Below, one piece after another: positions 1 through 12,771 of a stretch of DNA of 64,000 bases (position 1 is the stretch's first letter; every line of letters starts with the position of its first letter). The position numbers and the translations under genes were made by a program. Below the pieces are notes generated by a model that did not search any database, was not told the origin of the DNA, and saw only the letters and a program-made list of their open reading frames with translations. Source of the stretch: Octopus vulgaris (Eukaryota); contig OX597843.1 of assembly GCA_951406725.2 (NCBI GenBank), positions 18,104,001 through 18,168,000 of the forward strand, written 5' to 3'.

Positions 1-213
1 GTGAAAACACATTCTGTGCCGTATGAATATGTCCCTCGTTTAAGTAACAGTTTGGGTTTATTTACATTTGCGAAGAAAAAAAAGATACCCTTCCCCCCAA
101 CCCTAACCCTAAAGCAGAGTGAAATGCAATAGATCGATACTAGGGTCATAATTATGGGTGACAATTTCATATGACATTGCTAGAAAAAACTGCCATTCAA
201 ACCGAAAAGATCC
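1..213. mobile_element. Right part of a MITE (same family as 7900-8308)
   Basis: Near-identical to about 8100-8308; ends in TIR aaaaaactgcc...aaaagatcc; carries (ccctaa)2. Confidence 0.8.
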
Positions 214-949
214 ATTTCATAGAATATCATATTTATTATAGAGATTATGCTTTACACTTTTATATTTGACTTAGCGTGTATATTCCTTGTTTTAACTCTT
301 GATGTCTTCTGCCTTTCTATTAGAAACGTTTATCTGGGAATTTACTTACAGTGGGAAGTCTTGCCCATATGTGTGTGTACCAGACCTTTAGCTGTTATTT
401 TTAGCATAACGAGTTTTTCTGTGAAGGCTTCATTTGCCTTCATTGTCTGTTGCGGCACTGGAAATCTACGGATGCACAAACGCACAAAATGTAGAAAACG
501 AAACAAATATGGACGACTTGTTCTGAAACTCCCCCGAGTAGGGAATAGTTCTCAAAAACAATCCCGAATTGTTTTCCCCCAAATTCCTATCTCCTCGCAA
601 ACTACATAGTCCTCGGTATATTTGTAAAGAATTTCATTAAATGGCTTACAAACACCTTCCACGCTGCAATTGTTTTCGTTTCAGCACACAATCTCAGATG
701 AAATCACTTACTATGCAGGTACATCTCCGTAAAAAAAAATATCCATTATCCTGAAAGTTAAGACTAATCGTAGTGGACTCAGGTGAATTTTCCGAAATTC
801 CACCCCCTCCTAAAACACTCCCCACTCCAAATTTTGTATATTCGGAATCAACATGATATAACACATATTCGTTGAAAATATCATTAAAAAATATTTATTT
901 TTCTGAAAGTTACGATCATCCAAAATCGGTGGAGGTACAGAACTCTGTA

Positions 950-1320
950 GGTATGCCCATATATATTATTGTATGGGGAGCTGGAAGATGGCAGGAGACC
1001 AGCGCATAAGCCTAAACTAAGGTTTAAGGGTTGCCTTGAAAATCCTCTAATACAGACAGGAATTGCAGTTGGTAATTGGGAGAGGGAGGTACAAGACTGT
1101 GATGGATGGAGGAAGATAGTGCATGATGGTTGTTTAAGGTTTGAGAGGGAGAAAGTGAAGTATGAGAGAATTAGGAGGGATCTTAGAAATGGGGGGGTAC
1201 CTGTGGAAAGTGAGAGAATGTTGCTTTTTATGTGTGGTTTATGGGAGGAGGTGTTTGCATCGTGCAGGCCTGGTGAGCCATCAAAAATCTCACAGAAATC
1301 GACCCATGATAAACAGTGAT
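950..1320 (+). mobile_element. RTE/BovB-like LINE 3' ORF remnant
   Basis: LYGELEDGRRPAHKPKLRFK...W..WR..V..G motif typical of the RTE ORF C-terminus. Confidence 0.75.
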
Positions 1321-1390
1321 GTATGTATACATATATATATATATGTGTGTGTGTGTATATATATATATATGTATATATATTTATATATAT

Positions 1391-1994
1391 ATCATCATCG
1401 TTTAATGTCTGCGTTCCATGCTGCCATGGGTTAGACGGTTTGACTGGGGAGTGGTGAGCCAGATGGCTGCACCAGGCTCTTATCTGATCTGGCAGTTTCT
1501 ACAGCTGGATGCTCTTCCTAATACCAACTACTCCAAGAGTGTAGTGGGTGCTTTTATGTGCCACCAGCACGAGGGCCAGTCAGGCAGTGCTGTCATCAAA
1601 TTTGATTTTGATTTCACTTGCCTCAACAGGTCTTCGCAAGCAGAATTTAGTGTCCAATGAAAGAAAAGTACGCCTAAGTGGGCTGGTTATACCACGGTCA
1701 TAGGCCACGGGATATGGTCTCACTTGACTTGCCAGGTCTTCTCAAGTACAGCATATTTCCAAAGGTATCGGTCACTAGTCATTGCTTTGGTGTGGCCTAA
1801 TGTTCACCACCTCATCCCAGGTCTTCCTGGGTCTACCTCTTCCACAGCTTCCCTCAACCGCTAGGGTGTGACACTTTTTCACACAGCTATCCTCATCCAT
1901 TCGCACCACATGACCATACCAGCGCAGTCGTCTCTCTTGCACACCACATCTGATGCTTCTTAGGTCCAACTTTTCTCTCAAGGTACTTACACTT
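1391..1994 (-). mobile_element. RTE-type LINE 3' end with (GAT)n tail
   Basis: RRLRWYGHVVRM...GRGRPRKTW motif; 3' UTR shared with 5470-6525 and 31430-33536. Confidence 0.88.
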
Positions 1995-2785
1995 GAAACA
2001 GTTTGGTTCAGTTTCTGTGCTACATCAAACTTCACAGACCCCTAATGGAGCCTGTCTCCTTCAGGCTATGATGCTTTCTTATACTGACTAACATCAAGAA
2101 ATAACCAAAGATACAATATATCTGGAAAATATGGAACCATGGTGATGGTCACAGAATAGGGAATTATATCAAAATTGATAATTTGGTTGTTTAAAACTGT
2201 TTCCATCACCTTTGAGATGTTGGAATTTGTTGTTGATTAGCTCCAGGTAGGTTCTCATCAAACACAACCTATGATGCCTAGGCAGTGAATTGAATAACTA
2301 GGTATGATCAATAGACCCATATCTCAAAATGTGCTCTCTGAGGAATGGTCCATTGCTCAAGATGAACAGTGTCTCCACCTAACAGAGATTTGATCCACAG
2401 ATCTATAGCTCCAGACATACATTGTCTCCATCTTGCTGAGGTATGATCCACAAATCCAAGCCCAACATGAACAGTGTCTCCACCTGGCTGACCAACAGAC
2501 TGTACATTCCAATATTCAGCGTTTACTTGTCACCAATCAGACTGTAATAAGCAGAGTAATGTAGCTGACCAAGAGACTCAACACAATGACTGTTGTTAGG
2601 TTTATTAGTGCCAAGAAGGACATCCAGATGTAAATAATACTTTAGATAAATTGAAGTTTCTAATTTTTGTAATATTTTATGAGAAATATGTGAAACACAG
2701 TCTTCTTTATATTGTTGTTTACCTCATTTTATAAGGTTTTGAAACTTTTGATTTCTTTCTTTTTCTAGCATATTTCATTTAAAAG

Positions 2786-2869
2786 ATGGAATTCGATGAG
2801 AATATAAGTAAACTTTTGCTTTGTGACACTCAATATATTAAAGAATATATTGAACAAAATTCACGTAAA
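2786..2869 (+). CDS. First coding exon, copy A (MEFDENISKLLLCDTQYIKEYIEQNSRK)
   Basis: Acceptor ttttctag at 2768, 17 nt UTR, ATG at 2786, donor gtaagt at 2870; phase 0 matches the exon at 13027. Confidence 0.65.
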
Positions 2870-3373
2870 GTAAGTTGTTCTGTTTATTAATGCCAGGAAG
2901 AACATTCAGATGTAATTAATATTTTAGAGGAACTGAAGTTTCCAATTTTTGTAATATTTTATGTGAGATGTTAGAACCATCAAACTTCTCTGTATTGTTG
3001 TTCACCTCATTTTATAAGGTTTTAAAAATCTGTTTTAATTTCTTTCTTTTTCTAGCATATTTCATTTAAAAGATGGAAGTTGATAAGAATATAAGTAAAA
3101 TTTTGCTTGATGACATTCAATATATTCAAGAATATATTCGTAACAATTCACAAAAAGTAAGTTGTTGTGTTTATTCTCAAATTTGCTTGTTTGTTATTTT
3201 ATTCACAATATTAAACATAGGCGTATGAGTGGCCGTGTGGTAAGTAGCTTGCTTACCAACCACATGGTTCCGGGTTCAGTCCCACTTGGGCAAGTGTCGT
3301 CTGCTATAGCCCCGGGCAGACCAAAGCCTTGTGAGTGGATTTGGTAGACAGAAACTGAAAGAAGCCCGTCGTA

Positions 3374-3416
<43 letters not shown>

Positions 3417-6400
3417 CTGTGTTTGTCCCCCTAGCATTGCTTGACAACCGATGCTGGTGTGTTTATGTCCCCGTCACTTAGCGGTTCAGCAAAAGAGACC
3501 GATAGGATAAGTACTGGGCTTACAAAGAATAAGTTCCAGGGTCGAGTTGCTCGACTAAAGGCGGTGCTCCAGCATGGCCACAGTCAAATGACTGAAACAA
3601 GTAAAAGGGTATTCCTGACTAGGGTAAAGACCCCCCCTCCTTTGGTCATGAATGGGATTGCACCCAGAAAATTCCCTTCTGAAGCATAGGTCCAGGCAAG
3701 GTTGTTTATGGAAGAGCAGCAGTCACCCATGCATATCAGCCACCCTGCCTCTCCATACCATCGATGCTATCCAAGGGAAAGGCAAAGGCTTCTTCTGCTT
3801 GGCACCAGTGACTTTGCAACTCATTTCTACCGTTGAATGAACTGGAGCAATGTGAGATAAAGTGTCTTGCTCAAGAACACAACATGCAGCCCAGTATGTG
3901 TTGTGTTTTTGCCTTCTCAAAGTTAATTGTTTATTATTTTATACACAACTAGCAGTATCGCCCGGCGTTGCTCGGGTTTGTAAGGGAAATAACTATATAA
4001 GCATTTTTAGAGAGTTACTTCCCTTATAGATTCCAATTCGGGCTTTCTTAGCCATTTCTGTTTTGGTGTCTTCAAGCCATGAAGTCGTTGTTCTAAAAGA
4101 ACGCTGGTCTCCTTGACAACGCATTACGACGTTGATTTCCTTACGCTCCCTTCCCCACAACTTCACGAGGGAGGGAAGAAGGGGGAGAAGCAAACAGGTG
4201 CAGGTGTGACCATGGACGCCAACTCCGCCGCCATCGACACACGAAAAATTATGCATTAAAATGGAATAAAAAATGTTAAATTATTTTTAAAATCGTAGAC
4301 TCATCGTTGACGCGCGCTAATACTCAGACGGGCTTGATATGAATCACGATTATAAGATACCCGAATTTGGTTAAACTGCACCGCAAAATGTGGGAGTAGT
4401 TAGGAATCTAAATCGTAGGAGACAGACACTCACACAACTAGAGTTTTATATATATAGATATTAAATATTCTTAACTAAACAGGGATTTGCCCATCTCTTT
4501 CTTCACCTCCACCCTCTAATCCTCGTTATCATTAGATTTTATAACAATTTAACCAAATCTTGGAGCATGTCAGACTGGATGGGAATGTGAGAGAGAAGCC
4601 CATCATCACAATACTGCAAGGGAGTATTCTGGCAGGAAATGTTCGTTTCAGGAGATGAGATAGAAATGGAGCCAACAGATGGATGGTGACTTTGTTAAGA
4701 AGTTCTCTTGCCACAAACTGTTGGAGGTTTTACTGATGTCAAGGCCTACACCATTTCTTATGCAGAAGTTGTCAAACATAAGGAAATACTAATGTGTCAG
4801 GAATCAAATCCTCACTTGATCTGGCTTTATAGAATTGTACTTCTGCTCATTGAATTAAAGGAAGGTACTGAAAGGGATAAATATAATGGTAGTTTATGAC
4901 TTTTTACTTCATAATTGAGGGGTCAAGTCATGAGTTGGGATAATAAAAAGACTCCAGAATGTCATATTTGTTGATGCTACCCCTGGTAGAAAACTAAGTC
5001 AGCTGAATTTACGAATTAACCCTTGCTTATTCACATTATTTAGAATTATTCGGGTTCAAGAAGGGTGTCCACAATATCTGCTTGTAACTTTAATTTTTTA
5101 CATACAGGAGTGATTGTCATTAGGAAGGGCATCCATCTGTAGAAACTTTGCCAGATCAGATTGGAGCCTGGTGCAGCCTTCTGGCTTGCCAGTTATCAGT
5201 CAAACCGTCCAACCCATGCTAGCATAGAAAGCAGATGTTAAATGACAACGATGATGATGAGAAAGAATATGATTAATCAGAAATTCTCTCACAAAGTTAA
5301 GGTTTGCACTTGGAAGTGCTCAAGAGAAACTTGAGACAAAACATAGAAATATATATTACGTAGAAATGTAAGACCAGGTAATTTAATCCACAAACATGAC
5401 TCGTGATTTCAGATGGGTTTAAATAACAAGTGTATACCTGATACATCAAAAATATATAAATACACAGACAGGTGCGTTGAAAGTGTAGCTGCTAGAATAA
5501 GAATAGTCTGGGCAAAGTTTAGAGAGCTCCTACCTCTGTTGGTAACAAAAGGCATCTTGCTCAGAGTAAAAGATAGACTGTATGACGCATGTGTATGAAC
5601 AGCCATACTACATGGGCCGTGACTACTGAGGACATGCGTAAGCTCGCAAGGAATGAAGGCAGTATGCTCTGATGGATGTGTAATGTCAGTGTGCGTACTC
5701 AACAAAAGTGTTAGTGCCTTGAGAGAAAAGTTGTACCTAAGAAACATCAGATGTGGTGTGCAAGAGAGAAGACTGCTCTGGTATGAGCAAGTGGCGAGAA
5801 TGGCTGAGGATAGCTGTTTGAAAAAGTGCCACACCCTAGCAGTTGAGGGAAACTGTGGAAGAGGTAGACACAGGAAGACCTGGGGTGAGATGGTGAAGCA
5901 CGACCTTCAAACATTAGGCCTCACCGAGGCGATGACTAGTGACCGAAACCTTTGGAAATATGCAGTGTGTTAGAAGACCCAGCAAGCCAAGTGAGACCAT
6001 AACCTTGTGGCCTATGCCAGGGGCGTAACAAGCCCACTTATGCGTACCTTTCCTTTATTGGACACTAAACTCTGCTTGTGAAGACCTGTTGAGGCAAGTG
6101 AAATTGAAATCAAATCAAATTCGCAAATTCGATGACTGGCACCCATGCCAGTGTAGCGCTAAGAGCACCATCCGAGCGTGATCGCTGCCAGAGCAGCTGA
6201 CTGGCTTCCGTGTCAGTGGCACGTAAAAAGCACCATTCAAATGTGATCGTTACCAGCGTTGCGTTACTGGCTCCTGTGCAGGTGGTACTTAAAAATCATG
6301 ACTTGAGTGTGGCTGTTGCCAGTACCGCCTGACTGGCCCTCGTGCTGATGGCTTGTAAAAGCACCCACTACACTCTCAGAGTGGTTGGCGTTGGGAAGGG

Positions 6401-9227
6401 CATCCAGCTGTAGAAACTCTGCCAGATCAGATTGGAGCCTGGTGCAGCCATCTGGTTCGCCAGTCCTCAGTCAAATCGTCCAACCCATGCTAGCATGGAA
6501 AGCAGACGTTAAATGATGATGATGATAGGTTTTAAAAAACTCTTTAGATGTAGACATAAATATATTAAAACCTACATGTATGCGTAAATATATTGAAGAA
6601 GTTTTGAAGTAGTGATGAGAGCGAAATAAAAGATTCAAGGAGGAAAGAAATTAAAAGTGAGGATAGATAAAATAGGGTACCAGTGGCCATTTCTAGAGGT
6701 TAATTGCTGGTAAAAATAAGGGGATATAATACCCATTATTTAGGAATTGCTGCTCCTTCAGGGTTACAGGTTTTACATTTGCATGTTGACATATGTATAT
6801 ATATATATATATATATATGTGCACACATATATATATATATGGACATATATAATCAAAATAAGCAACAAGGATATCCAGAGGTAATGCACTATGATCGTTT
6901 CACGCAACTCCATTTAATTGAACAATGCAATCATTACATCAATTTAGGATTGCTCTGCATTGTTCAATTAAATGGAGTTGCATGAAACGATTGTACTGCA
7001 TTACCTCTGGATATCCTTGTTGCTTATTTTGATTCTAATCACCTTAATAGATCAGTTGTTTTGATATTTCATTTCAGAGGATATTTTTTTATTTCCCTTT
7101 TTTAATTATATACACTGTCTTAATTGCAAAAAAAAGTTTTTTATCTTGTTTCCTTTATCTTTTTATTATAGAAATTAAAATATACTTTTACTCATTTGGA
7201 TTTAAATGAGTTAACTTGGACATTGAAAAAATACATATAACTTAATTATCTTTGATTTTTTTATAAGATGTATTGCTTTTAAATCAAAGGAAAGTTTTTT
7301 AAAAATGAGACAGTTTATTTAGAATGATAATTTTTAAAACAAGGAGTTACACACAAAGTTATCTTACAGACATCACACATGTATCTGCTTTCTCTTTGAA
7401 TCGGACAAGCAATTGATTTTGTGCCATGCACGTGCATCTATCTGATGATCTTCTTTGTCATCTTCTGAAAAATTGTCAGAGTCTGAACTACACGTGTCTA
7501 ATTCATCCCCAGAGCTTTCCAGATCGTGAAATGAAAAATCGCATTCGTGATTACTGAATATATCTAAATCTTCATTTTGAGAAAAAAAATGCGTAAATAA
7601 TAGAGAATCAAAACGAGACGGTTCTAAAATGGCATCAACCTTCTCCTGAATCTGAGAATGCTCTGAAGTAAAAGTTCAAAACTCCGAAGCATAAATTCTT
7701 TGAAATGGCGCCAGAATATGTGCTGCGAGGCATACGACAACATGAGTAAATTTGTGATTCCTCAGAAATGAAAAGATACAAAACAAACTCGTTTGAGTGC
7801 TAAAATTAAAAATTAATTTTGACCGAGTATACTCGTCTGGTTCTAAAAAGATACATTTGCGATGCACAAGTAAACTCGGGATAATCCATTAAGGGCTTAG
7901 GATCTTTTCCATTTGACCGGCAGTTTTTTAAAATAATTTCCACGTAACTAAACACTTTTAAACTTCGTATTCTGGTAGAATGTGTTTATAAAACATCTTT
8001 TTCTCTTGGCTTTATTGAGAAAATTCTATGGTTTGTAAGATATTTGTTTTTTTTCTTCAATTTCTGCAATTTCAACCAATCAATGATGTCTGTTGAAGGT
8101 GAAAACATTCTATGCCGTATGAATATGTCCCTCGTTTAAGAAACAGATTGGGTTTATTTACATTTCTGGAGAAAAAAAAGATACCCTTCCCCCACCCCTA
8201 ACCCTAAAACAGATTGAAATGCAATAGATCGATACTAGGGTCATAATTATGGGTTACAATTTCATATGACGGCGCTAGAAAAAACTGCCGGTCAAACCGA
8301 AGAGATCCAGGGGTTAAATATATCTATATATAATCAGAAAATAGAGAAAATTTTTGATGAACAAACAAATTGACCAACATCGGTTGATTAACACAAAACA
8401 TAACGTAACATGTCTTACGGATGTTTCTGCTTTTATGTCATGTTTTCTATTGGAAAATAATCAACCGATGTTGGTGAATTTGTTGATTAAAAGTTTTCTC
8501 CATTTCCTGATTATTTAAATCTGGATAAACATTTGTTTATTCTGTTATTACCTGTACCCTATGAGCATAGTGTGCTTGCATACCCATGCCCAGAGATAGC
8601 ACAGGTAATTGATACTAATTCCAACCACTAACTCTGCTCACCTATATATATTTATTGCCACTAAACAATCAAATTGTAACTGGTCTAACGAGGTACATGT
8701 CACTTTGTCTTAAGGGTGATGAATTGATTACTAATGTAAATGTTTTTACCTATGTGTATACATGTATTTGCATGTGTTTGTGTGTATACATATGTATGTG
8801 TATATGTAATATACAGGTGTGTGTAGAGTATGTATGTATGTATATATATATATGGCTGTGTGGTAAGTAGCTTGCTAACCAACCACATGGTTCCGGGTTC
8901 AGTCCCACTGCATGGCATCTTGGGCAAGTGTCTTCTACTATAGCCTCGGGTCGACCAAAGCCTTGTGAGTGGATTTGGTAGACGGAAACTGAAAGAAGCT
9001 TGTCGTATATATGTATATATGTGTGTGTGTGTGTCTGTGTTTGTCCCTCTAGCATCGCTTGACAACCGATGCTGGTGTGTTTACGTCCCCATCACTTAGC
9101 GGTTCGGCAAAAGAAACCGATAGAATAAATACTGGGCTTACAAAGAATAAGTCCCGGGGTCGATTTGCTCGACTAAAGGCGGTGCTCCAGCATGGCCGCA
9201 GTCAAATGACTGAAACAAGTAAAAGAG

Positions 9228-9259
<32 letters not shown>

Positions 9260-9732
9260 ATGCTAGCATGCAAAGCGGATGTCAATTGATGATGATATAT
9301 ATATATATATCAAAAAATCAAAATAGATGAGCATCAATGGAATTTGTATCTTTGTGGTACCAGTGCCGGTGGCACACAAGAAAACCATCCGAACGTGGCC
9401 GTAGCCAGTACCGCATCGACTGGCCTCCATGCTGTGGGCACGTAACAAACACCATCCGAGCGTGGTCGTCTGCCAGCCTCGTCTGGCACCTGTGTCGGTG
9501 GCACATAAAAAACACCATCCGAGCGTGGCCGTTCGCCAGCCTCGTCTGGCACCTGTGTCGGTGGCACATAAAATCACCCACTACACTCTCGGAGTGGTTG
9601 GCGTTAGGAAGGGCATCCAGCTGTAGAAACACTGCCAGATCTGACTGGCCTGGTGCAGCCTTCGGGCACCCCAGACCCCAGTTGAACCATCCAACCCGTG
9701 CTAGCATGGAAAGCGGACGTTAAATGATGATG

Positions 9733-9766
<34 letters not shown>

Positions 9767-12715
9767 ATCTGTAGCGATGACAGGCATTGCTCTCCCAGTC
9801 GGTCGCCTGCATATCACAATCCTTAAATTGCAGGCTTGGTTTCTGCCGGGTTCTCTTTCCATTAACAAGTTCCCCATATAGCATCTGTTTAGGGGTCCTG
9901 CTATCCTTCATTCTAATAAGGTGTCCACTCTAACGTCACCGGTGCTTGTACACCATCACCCCAATACTCAAGATATCAGCTGTCCTCAGGACCTGTGTGT
10001 CTGGAGTTTTTAAGGTCCAACCAATATTCAGAATATGTCTCAAACATCTCTGATGAAAGCATTCAAGGACCCTTACATGATGTTTGTAAAGGGTCCATGT
10101 GTCACATGAGTAAAAGAGCAATGTCAGTAGACATGCACAGTACACAGCAATTTTTGTTTGCCTTGTGATGCCATGCTGGGGCCAGACATGAGGCGGAAGA
10201 GACCGGAAGGAATCAGTTGCTCTCTGCAGCCTGAAAGATATTTCCTCATCCAGGGAGCAAGAACAGCTGAGTGTGCTGCCCAGGTAGACCCAAACATGTC
10301 TGCCACCTTCAGAATTATTCCTTCAACCAAGATAGCTGGTTCCACATATGGAATTCCTGGTGCAGGCTGGAACATTACAACAGTCTTGTCCAGGCTAATG
10401 CTGAGTCCAAATGCTTTGCAAGAAGCAGAAATACGATTCCTAAGTATTTGCATGTCATCCACTGTATGAATGACGAAGTCACAGATGGAGGAAGAAGGTT
10501 AAAGAAAGGGTTAGCGCCTTTGAAAGAGCATGTATTCTTCTTCATGAAGAATTTAAGCTTGCTGCTCAGAAGTTAGAGCAGTGAATGGGGAAAGCTTGAT
10601 TTGCAATGTTTGCAGTTGTGCCTGCTTGTCAGGATTAGGGTTCATTGGCTACCAACGGAGCCGCAAATGCAAAATATTCATTCTAGAGCACACACTGTTT
10701 CTAAAGGTCAGTACTTCCTCAGTCACAAGTGGATGGCCATCATGTGTATCTGAACATGGCCAATGCAGTGCTGCCTTGACTGGCTTCCATGCCTGTGGCA
10801 CATAAAAAGCACCAACCGACCAACTGATTGTGGCTGTTGCCAGCCTCCTCTGGCCCCTGTGCCGGTGGCCTGTAAAAAGCACCCACTACACTCATGGAGT
10901 GGTTGGCATTAGGAAGGGCATCAAACGGAAGAAACACTGCTATCTCTGACTGGAGCCTGGTGCAGCCTCCTGGCTTCCCAGACCCCGGTCGAACTGTCCA
11001 GCCCATGCAAGCATGGGAAACGGACGTTAAACGATGATGATGACATACATACATGTATGCATTTATATATATATATATATATACATGTACGTATTTTTAT
11101 TTGCATTTTTACGTATGCGTTGTGCATGTGTATGTGTCCATTTCTGTGTGTGAGAATGCTTAAACATATTTGTGCATGAAAAGTTTCTATTAACAGGAAT
11201 ACTAATAAACGCTCTTACATATATGTACGTGTATGCACACATATGTATATATGCATGTGCATGAGGTATAAATGTAAATATATGCGATGATATATATTGT
11301 GTATACATGATGATGATGTGTATGTATATGCATCTAAATGCATGGAACTAATTATGAATGTCCCTGTGTGTGTGCATATATGTATGTATGTTTATATATA
11401 TATGTGTGTATATATATGTATAGGTATTTTTATATGTATGTATACTGAATTAACAGATGAGTGTAGGAAGCAAATATACGTATATTTTTATATATAGAGA
11501 TAAGTTTTTCTCTCTTTTTATGTATAACCTAACTTCAATATCTCTATTTTCTTATTACTTATATATCATCATCATCATCATCGTTTAACGTCCGCTTTCC
11601 GCGCTGGCACGGGTTGGACGGTTCGACCGGGGTCTGGGAAGCCAGGGGGCTGCACCAGGCTCCAGTCTGATCTGTCAGAGTTTCTACAGCTGGATGCCCT
11701 TCCTAACGCCAACCACTCTGCGAGTTTAGTGGGTGCTTTTTACGTGCCACCTGCACTGGTGCCAGGGGAGTCCGGCATTGGCCACGATCGGTTGGTGCTT
11801 TTAACGTGCCACCGGCATGGAGGCCAGCCAAGGCGGCGCTGGCATCGGCCACGTTCGGATGGTGTTTTTTATGTGCCACCGACACTGGAGCTAGTCGAGG
11901 CGGCGCTGGCATCGGCCACGTTCGGATGGTGCTTTTTATGTGCCACCGGCACAGAAGCCAGTCGAGGCGGCACTGGCAATGGCCATGTTCGGATGGTGCT
12001 TTTTATGTGCCACCGGCACAGGTATCACAACTACTATTTCCATTGATATTTATTTCGATGTTCATGTACATGAACATATATATATATATATATATATAGT
12101 CAAGTACGTTAACACCAACATCAAAATGAAAATCAAATGGAAAGTGTAGTTGTGCTGGTGACATGTAAAAAGCACCATCCGAATGTGGCAGATGCCAGTG
12201 CCGCCTGACTGGCGTCCGTGTCGGTGACACGTAAAAGCATCAACCAATTGTGGCGGTTTGCCAGCCTCGCCTGGCACCTGGAGTGGTTGGCATTAGGAAG
12301 GGCATCCAGCTGTAGAAACACTGCCAGATTAGACTGGAGCCTGGTGCGGCCTCCTGGCTTCTCAGACCCCGGTCGAACTGTCCAACCCATGCTAGCATGG
12401 AAAACGGACATTAAACAATGATGATGATGATATATATATACAAAATGGCTGATGGTTAGTAAGGAGAGACACAAATAAGAAAGAAGAAAACAAAGGACCA
12501 CTGATGCGGTCACAGGAGTGTGACGAAAGAACTTTGGCCGAAATAAGATTAAGATTAATGTAAAAAATAAATAACACTGAAGCAAAATAACACCAAATAT
12601 ATAGTGCGTGTGTTTTTATTGGCTAAACTGGCAAAATAACCATTCCGAAATATAACAAATATCTGTTTCAACACACGATTTCACATAAAAAATCTTGCAC
12701 AACAAATATTTAAAC

Positions 12716-12771
<56 letters not shown>

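Noticed and set aside
2280-2540. Weak repetition of acagtgtctccacct / tgatcca motifs at about 50-bp spacing
   Set aside because: A highly decayed minisatellite with no sign of function
3219-3290. tRNA-like A/B boxes (also at 8852, 23349, 23677 and 33827)
   Set aside because: They are SINE heads followed by SINE bodies, with no complete cloverleaf
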